This document shows, piece by piece, positions 1 to 8,228 of a stretch of 19,001 nucleotides of DNA. The DNA is taken from positions 1 through 19,001 of the forward strand of contig JBHLPG010000056.1 in the NCBI GenBank assembly GCA_048939725.1. Reading direction: 5' to 3'. The position numbers were made by a program, and so were the translations under genes. The notes beneath the pieces were generated by a model. The model saw only the letters and a program-made list of their open reading frames with translations, ran no database searches and was not told where the DNA came from. This DNA is from Promethearchaeota archaeon (lineage in GTDB: Archaea; Asgardarchaeota; Heimdallarchaeia; Hodarchaeales; Hodarchaeaceae). The first letter of the stretch is position 1; each line of letters begins with the position of its first letter.

Positions 1-66
1 GTTCTGGGATTAAGCTCGTCATATAGCGTTACGATCTAGCTGAGCCGCTATCCTCAGCCGCCTACT
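1..66 (+). rRNA. Possible 3' portion of a 5S rRNA, truncated by the window edge
   Basis: The segments GGGATTAAGCTCGTC..GCGTT and terminal CCGCCTACT resemble the conserved loop-C/helix-II region (GAAGUUAAGCYC) and 3' end (CCGCCUACU) of archaeal 5S rRNA as I remember them. The stretch between is roughly 14 nt shorter than expected, and the 5' half is outside the window. No protein ORF covers the region. Confidence 0.35.
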
Positions 67-92
67 GTTCCATGTAGATTCTTGTGTGTACC

Positions 93-100
93 TTTATAAA
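93..100. promoter_or_regulatory. TATA-box-like element TTTATAAA (palindromic)
   Basis: TTTATAAA at 93-100 in the non-coding region. Direction cannot be determined from the sequence. Confidence 0.25.
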
Positions 101-318
101 CATCGCCCCATGTAAATAGCTGGGTTTCTCTGCAAGTTATCTACAACTAATGTTGAACTATTTTCGCTTCTCTTAGGTTAATATAAGGTGAGTTTTGTAT
201 CCAATTATGTAAAAACATGGGAAAGATTAAATAAATTCAAAGGAGAGATAATAATAAGGCTCTCCCACCTAATCATATAAGGAATCTTACAATTGTAACT
301 AGACCTGGTTGATTATAA

Positions 319-810
319 TTGGCCCTTTCAAACAATTCCTCAAGAAAATCTGAAACTGGACTTCGACAGGTATTAACTGACATCGTAAACTCACTTGATG
401 GTATTTATTCAGGTTTTTGTGTCGATGTAGATGGGCTCTTAATTGAGGAGGTAAATCTTGAAGCTACATTGGGAAAGGAAAGTAGCTTGATCCTTTGCTC
501 ATTAGTAGCTGGAATTCAATCAAATATGGATAATATTGGTCATGAGATTGGGAGTTCCCCTTGGGTCTCTTTTACAGCTGAAAGTAGTAATTACAAATTC
601 TTTTTACGATCAATTGGTTCCCTTGCCTTTTTAGGTGTATTAACGGATCCTTATGTAGATCTCGAGCTCCTTAAATTGATAATTGGACCAGCTGTTGATT
701 CAATTCTCCAAATTATACAACAATGGTCTCCGTTAAAACGGCCTCAATCACAATCCCCTTTATCTATTACTCAAAAAGATTTGGATGAAATCCTAAAAAT
801 GAAGAAGTGA
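319..810 (+). CDS. Roadblock/LC7-like domain protein (profilin-like fold, putative small-GTPase regulator)
   Basis: 163-aa ORF, TTG start. Pattern typical of Roadblock/LC7: LRQVLTDIVNSLDGIYSGFCVDVDGLLIEEVN ... LCSLVAGIQSNMDNIGHEIG ... FFLRSIGSLAFLGVLTDPYVDLELLKLIIGPAVDSIL. Confidence 0.7.
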   Translation: MALSNNSSRKSETGLRQVLTDIVNSLDGIYSGFCVDVDGLLIEEVNLEATLGKESSLILCSLVAGIQSNMDNIGHEIGSSPWVSFTAESSNYKFFLRSIGSLAFLGVLTDPYVDLELLKLIIGPAVDSILQIIQQWSPLKRPQSQSPLSITQKDLDEILKMKK

Positions 811-816
811 ATAGCT

Positions 817-1128
817 TTGACCAAACCTCCTGTGCGCGATTCAAGGATTCCCTGTCCTAATTGCAAAAAAGGAACCCTTTTTTGGAATCCTGAAGAGAAA
901 TTATACGTTTGCACAGATTGTGGGGTTCAAGAGGCGGCTTTAAAAACATGGATTAGCGCTGCCGAGTATCGTCAGGAGAAAAAACATCGAAAACGTGAAA
1001 AAGAACGTCAATGGGCATTAGAAATATTAGGAGTGGAAGATCAGCTTACTCCTTCCAAGAAATCAAAAAAAGAACAAGAGTGGGCTGAACTAATTGATTT
1101 GATTAAAGAAAAAGAGTCTGAACCTTAA
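817..1128 (+). CDS. Small zinc-ribbon protein with charged helical C-terminus
   Basis: 103-aa ORF, TTG start 6 nt after the preceding stop codon. CPNC-x16-CTDC zinc ribbon followed by a Lys/Glu-rich helix. Confidence 0.65.
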   Translation: MTKPPVRDSRIPCPNCKKGTLFWNPEEKLYVCTDCGVQEAALKTWISAAEYRQEKKHRKREKERQWALEILGVEDQLTPSKKSKKEQEWAELIDLIKEKESEP

Positions 1129-1373
1129 AATAGTAGATTTCCCGCTAAAAAGTTACTCTGAAATATTTACCTCTGAATATGGGAGTAACGAAATTTCTCC
1201 CTTGTTTAATTAACCTAAATTTTCAAACTAATCCAGAGATCAATCTTTTGTTTTTTCATGAATTTTATGTTAAATTGAAAACACTTAATTGAAGGTTAAA
1301 TAACCTCTGACTTGATAAACAACTCCACTCGAATACGGAAAACACTTTTCCATTCAGTCCTTGCAAGCAAAAG

Positions 1374-2687
1374 GTGATCCTGAAAATCATGGGTACTTCC
1401 GAAAGGCGAGGAGACATTCCTATTTACTTTTTCTTAGCCCACATTGTTTTTGATGAAGAACATGGTCCTGTATTAAATTCTTATCTAACTTATGGATTGG
1501 AAATCCCAAGAATAATTCTTCAAGGCGTTACTACTACCCTATTTACCATGGCCATTGGAGTAGGTGAACCAACAGGAGAATCTGAAACAGCTATCATTCC
1601 AATTAATGTGACGGACATCCAAGGTCGTGTATTAATTCATTCTTTTGTTATCGATGATCCCGAAGCGAGAGGAAGGAATCGAATTGAAAGTTTCATGTTG
1701 TTTATTCCGAGGTCTCATCAAGATAAATTACTTCAACACTCTCTAGCTTTTTCAAATATATTACAGGAAGCGATCCGCGAAATTAAAATCAAGAATAACC
1801 GTAAAAAAGAAAGTTATTCTTTAAACAAGGTTTTTGAGAATATTAAAACAGTTCTATTAACTAAGATCGATAATTCTATTCAAGACCAAATAAGTGATAT
1901 TTGTACCGATAAAGAAACCGTATTAGTTTCAGATGGAACTATCAGAGCTGTTCATAACATAATCTTGTCCCCAGATATAATCTCATTAGTGAACAAAATT
2001 CCTTCACTAATACAAAATTATGAGGATGAGCTTAAAACATATGGAACTTATTTTGATGCACTTCCTATCGAAATTCATGGAAAAACTTATAGTAATCACC
2101 AATTCTACTTAATAAACATCAGAAATAACTTCATAATAGCCTTTAGCTCAGGCAAAGGACGTCTGGGAAGTTTATTTAGGAATTTTCGTGAAATTCTATG
2201 GAGTTTAAGCATCCAAGGAGATCTCACTAACCAGTCCTCGATTTCACGTTATTTAATTTCAATAAGTGATGAAAGTAATCTTTTTCTTAAGAACAATTTC
2301 TTAGATAGGAGTTTTCAATTATTAAAAAGCTTTAAACCAATAATTACAGAAGTGTCCATTTCACGTTGCAATATGAATATGGTTGAGACACTCCGTACAA
2401 GCTCTGACCGTGTTGTAAAAAAACATGCTTTTATTTGCCAAATTTTTGAAGCTATTAACAATATTTGTTTACGATTATTCCGAACAGATCTGGTTCAACT
2501 GGTTTTGTCTCAACACGGTTCAAATGCTATTGCATTAAAGTGGGCAACCAATACTGAGAAGGATACTTCCTTACTCATGGTTGGGGATTCTTCCAAGGGA
2601 GTTGGACTGCTAAAGCTTGTTGGTGAACAAGTTCTGGAATACAGGGGTAAAGCTGAATCTTTTTCTAATATTAAACTAGATTTATGA
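1374..2687 (+). CDS. Uncharacterised protein, possibly with a longin/profilin-like N-terminal domain
   Basis: 437-aa ORF, GTG start (alternative ATG at 1389). N-terminus IPIYFFLAHIVFDEEHGPVLNSY...; uninterrupted and closely followed (15 nt) by the EndoQ gene. Domain assignment is weak. Confidence 0.6.
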   Translation: MILKIMGTSERRGDIPIYFFLAHIVFDEEHGPVLNSYLTYGLEIPRIILQGVTTTLFTMAIGVGEPTGESETAIIPINVTDIQGRVLIHSFVIDDPEARGRNRIESFMLFIPRSHQDKLLQHSLAFSNILQEAIREIKIKNNRKKESYSLNKVFENIKTVLLTKIDNSIQDQISDICTDKETVLVSDGTIRAVHNIILSPDIISLVNKIPSLIQNYEDELKTYGTYFDALPIEIHGKTYSNHQFYLINIRNNFIIAFSSGKGRLGSLFRNFREILWSLSIQGDLTNQSSISRYLISISDESNLFLKNNFLDRSFQLLKSFKPIITEVSISRCNMNMVETLRTSSDRVVKKHAFICQIFEAINNICLRLFRTDLVQLVLSQHGSNAIALKWATNTEKDTSLLMVGDSSKGVGLLKLVGEQVLEYRGKAESFSNIKLDL

Positions 2688-2702
2688 CAAGGAGAACGAG
2701 TA

Positions 2703-4088
2703 TTGGAAGTAGCAGTAGATCTACATGCTCATTCAGTTTTTGCCGGTGGAACCCAAGCCCTCTCAATAACACCCAAAACAGAAGCTGATAATCAGAAAAA
2801 GGCTATTTCTCATTTATCAAAAACGAATCAAACAATGCCATTAAAGGGTATTGATGTCATTGGTACAGGAGATTGTCAATTCACCTTATGGACTAATATA
2901 CTTAAAGAAATTCTCATTGAAGATATGGAAGGTGTCTTTCTGCTTCAAGATCAGAGAAAGACTCGCTTCATTCTACAAACAGAGATGATATTTACAGCAA
3001 AAATAGGTAAATACTCAAAAGAGACACATATTATCTTTCTTTTCCCTAATTTTTCTTCTGTGGATGAATTTCGTACATTACTAGATAGATGGGGGGTTAA
3101 ACATAAAAAAATGGCAAGACCATTTATTACCTGTAAATCCTCTAGTCAGGTTGCTCAGCGTCTTCATTCTATTTTAGATTTGGATCCTTGGATTGAAGCC
3201 ATTCCCTCCCATATAATGACACCACAAGGTGTTTTTGGAACTGGAAAAGGAAATATTCGAATTAACCACTTAGAAGATTTTTTTGGTTCTGCTACCTCAA
3301 GATTGCAAGTCTTTGAGACTGGATTATCCGCTGATCCAGAATTTTTATCTTTGATCCCAGAATTAGACGATAAAGTGCTAATTTCAAATTCTGATGCACA
3401 CTCAAGTGCTTTACATAGGATGGGACGCGAATTTACGGTGGTATCTACCTTAAAAACTGATTATAAGAATATTATCAAGGCTTTGCGTAATAATAATGTC
3501 TTGTATACTGCTGAATTTCCTCCAGAAGAAGGACGGTTTTTTCTAACAGGTCACCGAGCTGGAAGGAAACGACCAGGTTTTCATGGTGACAGTGATTACT
3601 GTTTCTTTTCTCCTCAAAATGTACCTTCTCATGATGTTTGCCCAATATGTAATAAACCTCTAACTATAGGTGTATTCCAGAGATGTGTTGAGATTAGTAA
3701 TGCTCAAGGTGGAAAAAGAGAGCTTGGAGGAACTACTTCCTTCAAAAAATTCATTCGTATGGTACCGTTGATAGATATATTGGGTCATGTGCTAGAAATA
3801 AAAACTAAGACTGCAAAATCATTAATCACGAAATATCGACAGATTATAGACATTATTGGCCCCGAACGCGTGTTATGGCAAATGGCCTCTGAAGAAGTCG
3901 AAAGTAAACTGAATGATCATATAGAAAACCACATTCTGAAAGCAATTCTCAAAGTAAAAGCTGGGGATTTTACATTTGAACCATATGGGTATGATGGAGT
4001 TTATGGTACTCTAGTAATTGGCCAGAGAGGAAATTATAAAAATGTAAATGTGATTCATTCTTCAAAACCAATTCAACAAACACTTTAA
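2703..4088 (+). CDS. Endonuclease Q (PHP-domain nuclease, deaminated-base DNA repair)
   Basis: 461-aa ORF with PHP motif DLHAHS, SHIMTPQGVFG, SNSDAHS, zinc motif CPICNKPLTIGVFQRC, and C-terminal HILKAILKVKAGDFTFEPYGYDGVYGTLVIG, all characteristic of EndoQ. Confidence 0.9.
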   Translation: MEVAVDLHAHSVFAGGTQALSITPKTEADNQKKAISHLSKTNQTMPLKGIDVIGTGDCQFTLWTNILKEILIEDMEGVFLLQDQRKTRFILQTEMIFTAKIGKYSKETHIIFLFPNFSSVDEFRTLLDRWGVKHKKMARPFITCKSSSQVAQRLHSILDLDPWIEAIPSHIMTPQGVFGTGKGNIRINHLEDFFGSATSRLQVFETGLSADPEFLSLIPELDDKVLISNSDAHSSALHRMGREFTVVSTLKTDYKNIIKALRNNNVLYTAEFPPEEGRFFLTGHRAGRKRPGFHGDSDYCFFSPQNVPSHDVCPICNKPLTIGVFQRCVEISNAQGGKRELGGTTSFKKFIRMVPLIDILGHVLEIKTKTAKSLITKYRQIIDIIGPERVLWQMASEEVESKLNDHIENHILKAILKVKAGDFTFEPYGYDGVYGTLVIGQRGNYKNVNVIHSSKPIQQTL

Positions 4089-4130
4089 TCTGTTCTTTTT
4101 GGTTTATACTTCGATTATTCGTTTTAAGAA

Positions 4131-5408
4131 GTGAATATGACCATGGTAAAGGTACCTGCAAATCAAGAGCTGTGTCTCAGATGTAAAGCTGGTAAATTCC
4201 TCTGTGGTCTTCACTATTGTCCCATTATACTTAAGACAAAGGCCTTGTTACCTGTTAGAAAAATCTTACCAAGATTGAGAATAAAGAAAGAATATTACGG
4301 GCCTAGCCCTCCTAGTTTGTTTGTTGGAAGGTTTGGTTATCCAAAGGTTCGATTGGGACCAATGGCAGCATTGAATTGGGAGGATATTCATTTAATGGAT
4401 GAACCTGACCTATGGCGGACAAATATGTCATTAGAAGACGTTGTAAACCTTCGGGCTCAAATGTTTCGATTTATGGCTGAACCAGTAAATGTAACGGATG
4501 TAACATCACCAACTAAGATTCTTGAAATCACACAGGAACAAATTCAATCTTCTACTCCAGTTGATCTGGAAGTAAAGTTTTCTAAAAAGCCTCAATTAAA
4601 CCTAAATTTTGATCGTTATACTCAACCAATGGGTGCACGTATTAGAATAGACTCTATCCAATTGACGACAGTGCCTAAGATTGATCAACAGGTAGATCGT
4701 GTTGTGAGTGATTCTGATATGAATGCTACTTCTGCAGTTACGAAGCTATATACAACTGAGGCTACAGTAACTCAAATTTCAAGAATACTGTCTGCTGGTT
4801 TGTTAGGCCGAACAAAAAATCGAAGATTTGTTCCAACACGATGGAGTATCACGGCTGTTGACGATATGACTGGAAATTACCTTAGAAAGCAGATTCAAGA
4901 TTTTACTGAAATTCAGGATTATCAGGTTTATCACAACTCCTATTTAGATAATGATTTCTGGGTTCTATTTATTCCGAGACGCGTGTGGCACTTCGATTAT
5001 CATGAAACTTGGAAACAAAAAAGTGCATGGAACCTAACAGGATCTGCCCCATTTATCGCAACAGATACAGAAGGCCCTAATGGGCGAACATCATATGCGA
5101 CAAATACTGTTGGAGGGTATTATGCAGCACGATTAGCAGTATTGGAGAAATTATTTCAACTACGAAGAAAAGCCGCGGTTATTGCTTTTAGAGAAGTTGG
5201 GAAAGGATACGCTATTCCATTAGGTGTATGGCAAGTCCGAGAAAACATGCGAAAGGCACTTAGAAAACCAAGTAAAAGATTTTCTAGCTTAGAAGCAGCA
5301 TTAAGATTCATTCATTCCCATCTTACAATACCCATGAAGTATTATCATCAAAAAAGCCCATTACTCAAGCAGAAAACATTGGATGCCTACTTTAAAAACC
5401 AAACATAA
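4131..5408 (+). CDS. Nre-family archaeal DNA repair protein (NreA-like) with C-terminal PCNA-interacting motif
   Basis: 425-aa ORF. N-terminal Zn motif CLRCKAGKFLCGLHYCPI, SPPSLFVGRFGYPKVRLGPM, and RRVWHFDYHETW...; C-terminal QKTLDAYF matches the PIP box consensus QxxLxxYF. GTG start; ATG codons at 4137 and 4143 are alternatives. Confidence 0.88.
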   Translation: MNMTMVKVPANQELCLRCKAGKFLCGLHYCPIILKTKALLPVRKILPRLRIKKEYYGPSPPSLFVGRFGYPKVRLGPMAALNWEDIHLMDEPDLWRTNMSLEDVVNLRAQMFRFMAEPVNVTDVTSPTKILEITQEQIQSSTPVDLEVKFSKKPQLNLNFDRYTQPMGARIRIDSIQLTTVPKIDQQVDRVVSDSDMNATSAVTKLYTTEATVTQISRILSAGLLGRTKNRRFVPTRWSITAVDDMTGNYLRKQIQDFTEIQDYQVYHNSYLDNDFWVLFIPRRVWHFDYHETWKQKSAWNLTGSAPFIATDTEGPNGRTSYATNTVGGYYAARLAVLEKLFQLRRKAAVIAFREVGKGYAIPLGVWQVRENMRKALRKPSKRFSSLEAALRFIHSHLTIPMKYYHQKSPLLKQKTLDAYFKNQT

Positions 5409-5548
5409 GAGCTTATCCTTCCTCGTCTCATACTAGAATAAATAAATAATCAGATTTCCCTCCTTCTATTGACCACATTTCATTGAAAGATTCCCTTGCC
5501 ATAGTAATAGAAGTCTTTAAATCGAAATACTGATCTAGTCCATAACTG

Positions 5549-5917
5549 GTGATTATTCTCGTGGGTTATTACGAATCTCTAACTGCAGCCATTACCCGTT
5601 ATTACGTCTTTAGCGGTCTTTTTCGTGAGGGCGATGAACAGATGACTTTTGAAGTAGCTGACGCAAATTTGATTGAAGTAGGCCAGACTGTGGAAAAAGA
5701 ATTCGCAGGAAGCGCCCGAGCTTTCTTTATTGAACTAGATAGCTTTGATGACGAAACATATCAATGTGAAATCATCATTGGATTCACATTATGGCCCTAT
5801 GAAGACGATGAAAATGAAGAAAAGCTTATTCTAGATAGTTTACGTGAAGAGCTCGAAAAAATAGGTTTTGTAGAGGATGATGCATATTATCTGGGGGATG
5901 GGCCTGATAGGCGCTAA
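5549..5917 (+). CDS. Small acidic hypothetical protein
   Basis: 122-aa ORF, GTG start (alternative GTG at 5561). Amphipathic alpha/beta-like sequence; no recognised family. Confidence 0.55.
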   Translation: MIILVGYYESLTAAITRYYVFSGLFREGDEQMTFEVADANLIEVGQTVEKEFAGSARAFFIELDSFDDETYQCEIIIGFTLWPYEDDENEEKLILDSLREELEKIGFVEDDAYYLGDGPDRR

Positions 5918-5950
5918 AATGTCTTTAGATTATTTTCTAGAGTGAGCACC

Positions 5951-6904
5951 TTACATTTCTATATGATGATAATATTTGATCCTCTTCCCATAAATCTGTT
6001 GAAACGTCATATGAACAGTTTGGGGTGGGATTAAACCCGCTTCAGTAATGTAGGCCGAGATATTATAACGATCTATTGTTTCAAAAGCAGGGTTCAGGAT
6101 TTTTATTCCTGCGGGAACATCCTCATCCCAAATTTCAAAAGGAGCACGCATTTCGATTTCACTAAGACGGCCAATACTTGTAGCTTGATCATATTTTAAG
6201 AGTGATGTGCATATATACAACGGAATGTGTTCTTCTTCAGCTGCTAAAGCACATAAACGGGAACCAATCTTATTTAAGGCAACACCTTCAACAGTTATCG
6301 CATCTGCTCCCATAAAAACCATATGAGGATTAAAAATATTCATTGCCCACCGCATTGCAGAATCTACAATGTGTGTAACACGAATATTATGATTTATCAG
6401 CCTTTTAGCTGTCTTTCTGCCTTGGTACAGGGGTCTTGTTTCAGTAGAAATAACTTCGAAATCTTTCCCTTGTTTTGCAGCCTCTAGAAATATTCCTACA
6501 GTGATGGAGGAATGACAGTGAGTGAAAACTCTTGAGCCATCTTGAATTCTCTCAGCACCAGTTTTAAAAATTTTCAATTTAGCATCATTTATGAGGTCAA
6601 TATACTTCTTACCATGTTCTACAGCAGACTCTTTTCCATCAAATTGAATCCCAGTCATCACATAACGTAAACCGTTCCTTAATGCTGGTTCAGTTACTCT
6701 TACCTTACTGAGCTGATCAACAACAACCTCTAAATGATCAAATAATTCTTTTTCTTTTAATGGAACAGTCTTTGCATGATTTGCGAAAGCACGAACCCCG
6801 AAAATAGCTACATTTGTGGCACCTTGAATAGTCAGATTTCTAATTTCCTTCATTGTAATTTTTAGCGCACGATACTCTGGGGTTTCTACAAAATTGTTTT
6901 TCAC
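5951..6904 (-). CDS. Ribose-1,5-bisphosphate isomerase (eIF2B-related, archaeal nucleotide-salvage type)
   Basis: 317-aa ORF, GTG start. FTHCHSSITVGIFLEAAKQGKDFEVISTETRPLYQGRKTA, MVFMGADAIT and NKIGSRLCALAAEEEHIPLYI match the eIF2B-alpha/R15P isomerase family. Distinction from other eIF2B-like paralogues rests on the THCHSS and GADAI context. Confidence 0.82.
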   Translation of the reverse strand: MKNNFVETPEYRALKITMKEIRNLTIQGATNVAIFGVRAFANHAKTVPLKEKELFDHLEVVVDQLSKVRVTEPALRNGLRYVMTGIQFDGKESAVEHGKKYIDLINDAKLKIFKTGAERIQDGSRVFTHCHSSITVGIFLEAAKQGKDFEVISTETRPLYQGRKTAKRLINHNIRVTHIVDSAMRWAMNIFNPHMVFMGADAITVEGVALNKIGSRLCALAAEEEHIPLYICTSLLKYDQATSIGRLSEIEMRAPFEIWDEDVPAGIKILNPAFETIDRYNISAYITEAGLIPPQTVHMTFQQIYGKRIKYYHHIEM

Positions 6905-7286
6905 AATTAATCCTCTCCTAGGAAATTAACCAGCGGATTAAGATACTTTTTTACCTTTACTTAATATGTCTATTACAATCAAAAAACGTAGACTTGATTC
7001 TTCCACTCCAGCCTAGGGTGCTGGTTCCATTAAATTCGATGTTTCAAAGCTAACTAATAAAAATTTAAAAGCAAAAGGAACATACAGTTTAAGAATCACG
7101 ATAATCAGCCTAATCGTACTTTTTTGAATGTAATTAACTTCTCACAATTATTTTTTATTATCCCAAGAGCTTTATTTGTAAAAATTTATGAGTGAAGGCT
7201 AAAAAGTTTTACATAAATAACTGATTTATTTTCCTTAGGAGCAATGACTGATCTATAGCGATCGGTGGTTACCACTGTCAAGCATA

Positions 7287-8225
7287 CTGCGAAGAATATT
7301 CAAAGGTAAGCCTGTTGAGAAATACGAAATAACTATCATTGGTCTCGACGGTGCAGGAAAAACTACAATCGTGAATCGATTATTACGCTCTGAATTTGTC
7401 CCTACAACACGAACTCTAGGTGTTAACTATCGTACTGTAAAATATCGTCAGATAGAGTTCAATTTGGTTGATTTGGGGGGGCAGGAAATCTATCGAAATC
7501 TTCTTTGGCACGATTCTTTAGATAAGGCTTCAGCTATCGTTTTTGTGTTAGATAGTGCTGATATTCGTATTTCCGAGGCATCTGAGGCTTTCTGGGATTC
7601 AATTCAGCGCAATGAAAAGGTTCCTGTCTTGTTTATTGCAAACAAAATTGATCTTCCAGGTGCTCGAGCATTTGACCGGATTGTTAAAGATCTCGATCTA
7701 CCACGTGCTCAAAGATCAGCGAGGTCCGTTGGACTTTTTCGAATCTCTGCAAAGACTGGTGAGAATTTTTACGATGCATTCGACTGGATAGCTGATATTC
7801 TCACGGGAGAAGAGTCTAAGTTTAAATGTAAGGTACGAGTGGTGATCTTAATCAATTTAGATACCCATCAGATATATACAACGAAATTCACGAACATAGA
7901 TCGTTTTGTTCTAGATCAATTGAATATGGGTATTAGTGAAACAGTAAAAGAGCTGTCAAAGAATTCAACTGGAATGGAGGTAATTACTGCGTCTGATTTG
8001 CAGCTTACTATAGTGAAGAATGATCCTTTAGTGATCGGCCTCATAATAGGCTATTCAGATTCTGTTGTGCGAGCTAAATTGATTGCTGAGAGGCTAATGA
8101 AAACAGCTTCTGCATCAATTGAAATTGATCAATTCGATTCACGAGTACTTTTAAAATTAATGAAGAAACAATGGCCTTTAGACATATACAAGCCACAAGT
8201 GCAAACTGAAGAAGAGACTGTCTGA
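7287..8225 (+). CDS. Arf-like small GTPase with C-terminal extension domain (longin/Roadblock-like fold suspected); start codon non-standard or gene disrupted
   Basis: The ORF track starts at GTG 7371, but in-frame translation upstream gives LRRIFKGKPVEKYEITIIGLDGAGKTTIV, which contains the G1/P-loop GLDGAGKT (7341-7364). Downstream: DLGGQE (G3), NKID (G4), SAKTG (G5), then about 134 extra residues. The 7287 start (CTG) is tentative; the true start lies somewhere in 7248-7323. Confidence 0.85.
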   Translation: MRRIFKGKPVEKYEITIIGLDGAGKTTIVNRLLRSEFVPTTRTLGVNYRTVKYRQIEFNLVDLGGQEIYRNLLWHDSLDKASAIVFVLDSADIRISEASEAFWDSIQRNEKVPVLFIANKIDLPGARAFDRIVKDLDLPRAQRSARSVGLFRISAKTGENFYDAFDWIADILTGEESKFKCKVRVVILINLDTHQIYTTKFTNIDRFVLDQLNMGISETVKELSKNSTGMEVITASDLQLTIVKNDPLVIGLIIGYSDSVVRAKLIAERLMKTASASIEIDQFDSRVLLKLMKKQWPLDIYKPQVQTEEETV

Positions 8226-8228
8226 TAA

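Noticed and set aside
3970-4161. 63-aa minus-strand ORF
   Set aside because: Antisense to the EndoQ 3' end and Nre 5' end, both confidently coding; no recognisable motif.
5951-6904. Translation initiation factor eIF2B-alpha annotation
   Set aside because: The THCHSS and GADAI context favours archaeal ribose-1,5-bisphosphate isomerase over a translation factor, though the families are related.
7555-7791. 78-aa plus-strand ORF inside the Arf-like GTPase
   Set aside because: Out-of-frame within a gene whose own frame has clear G-motifs.
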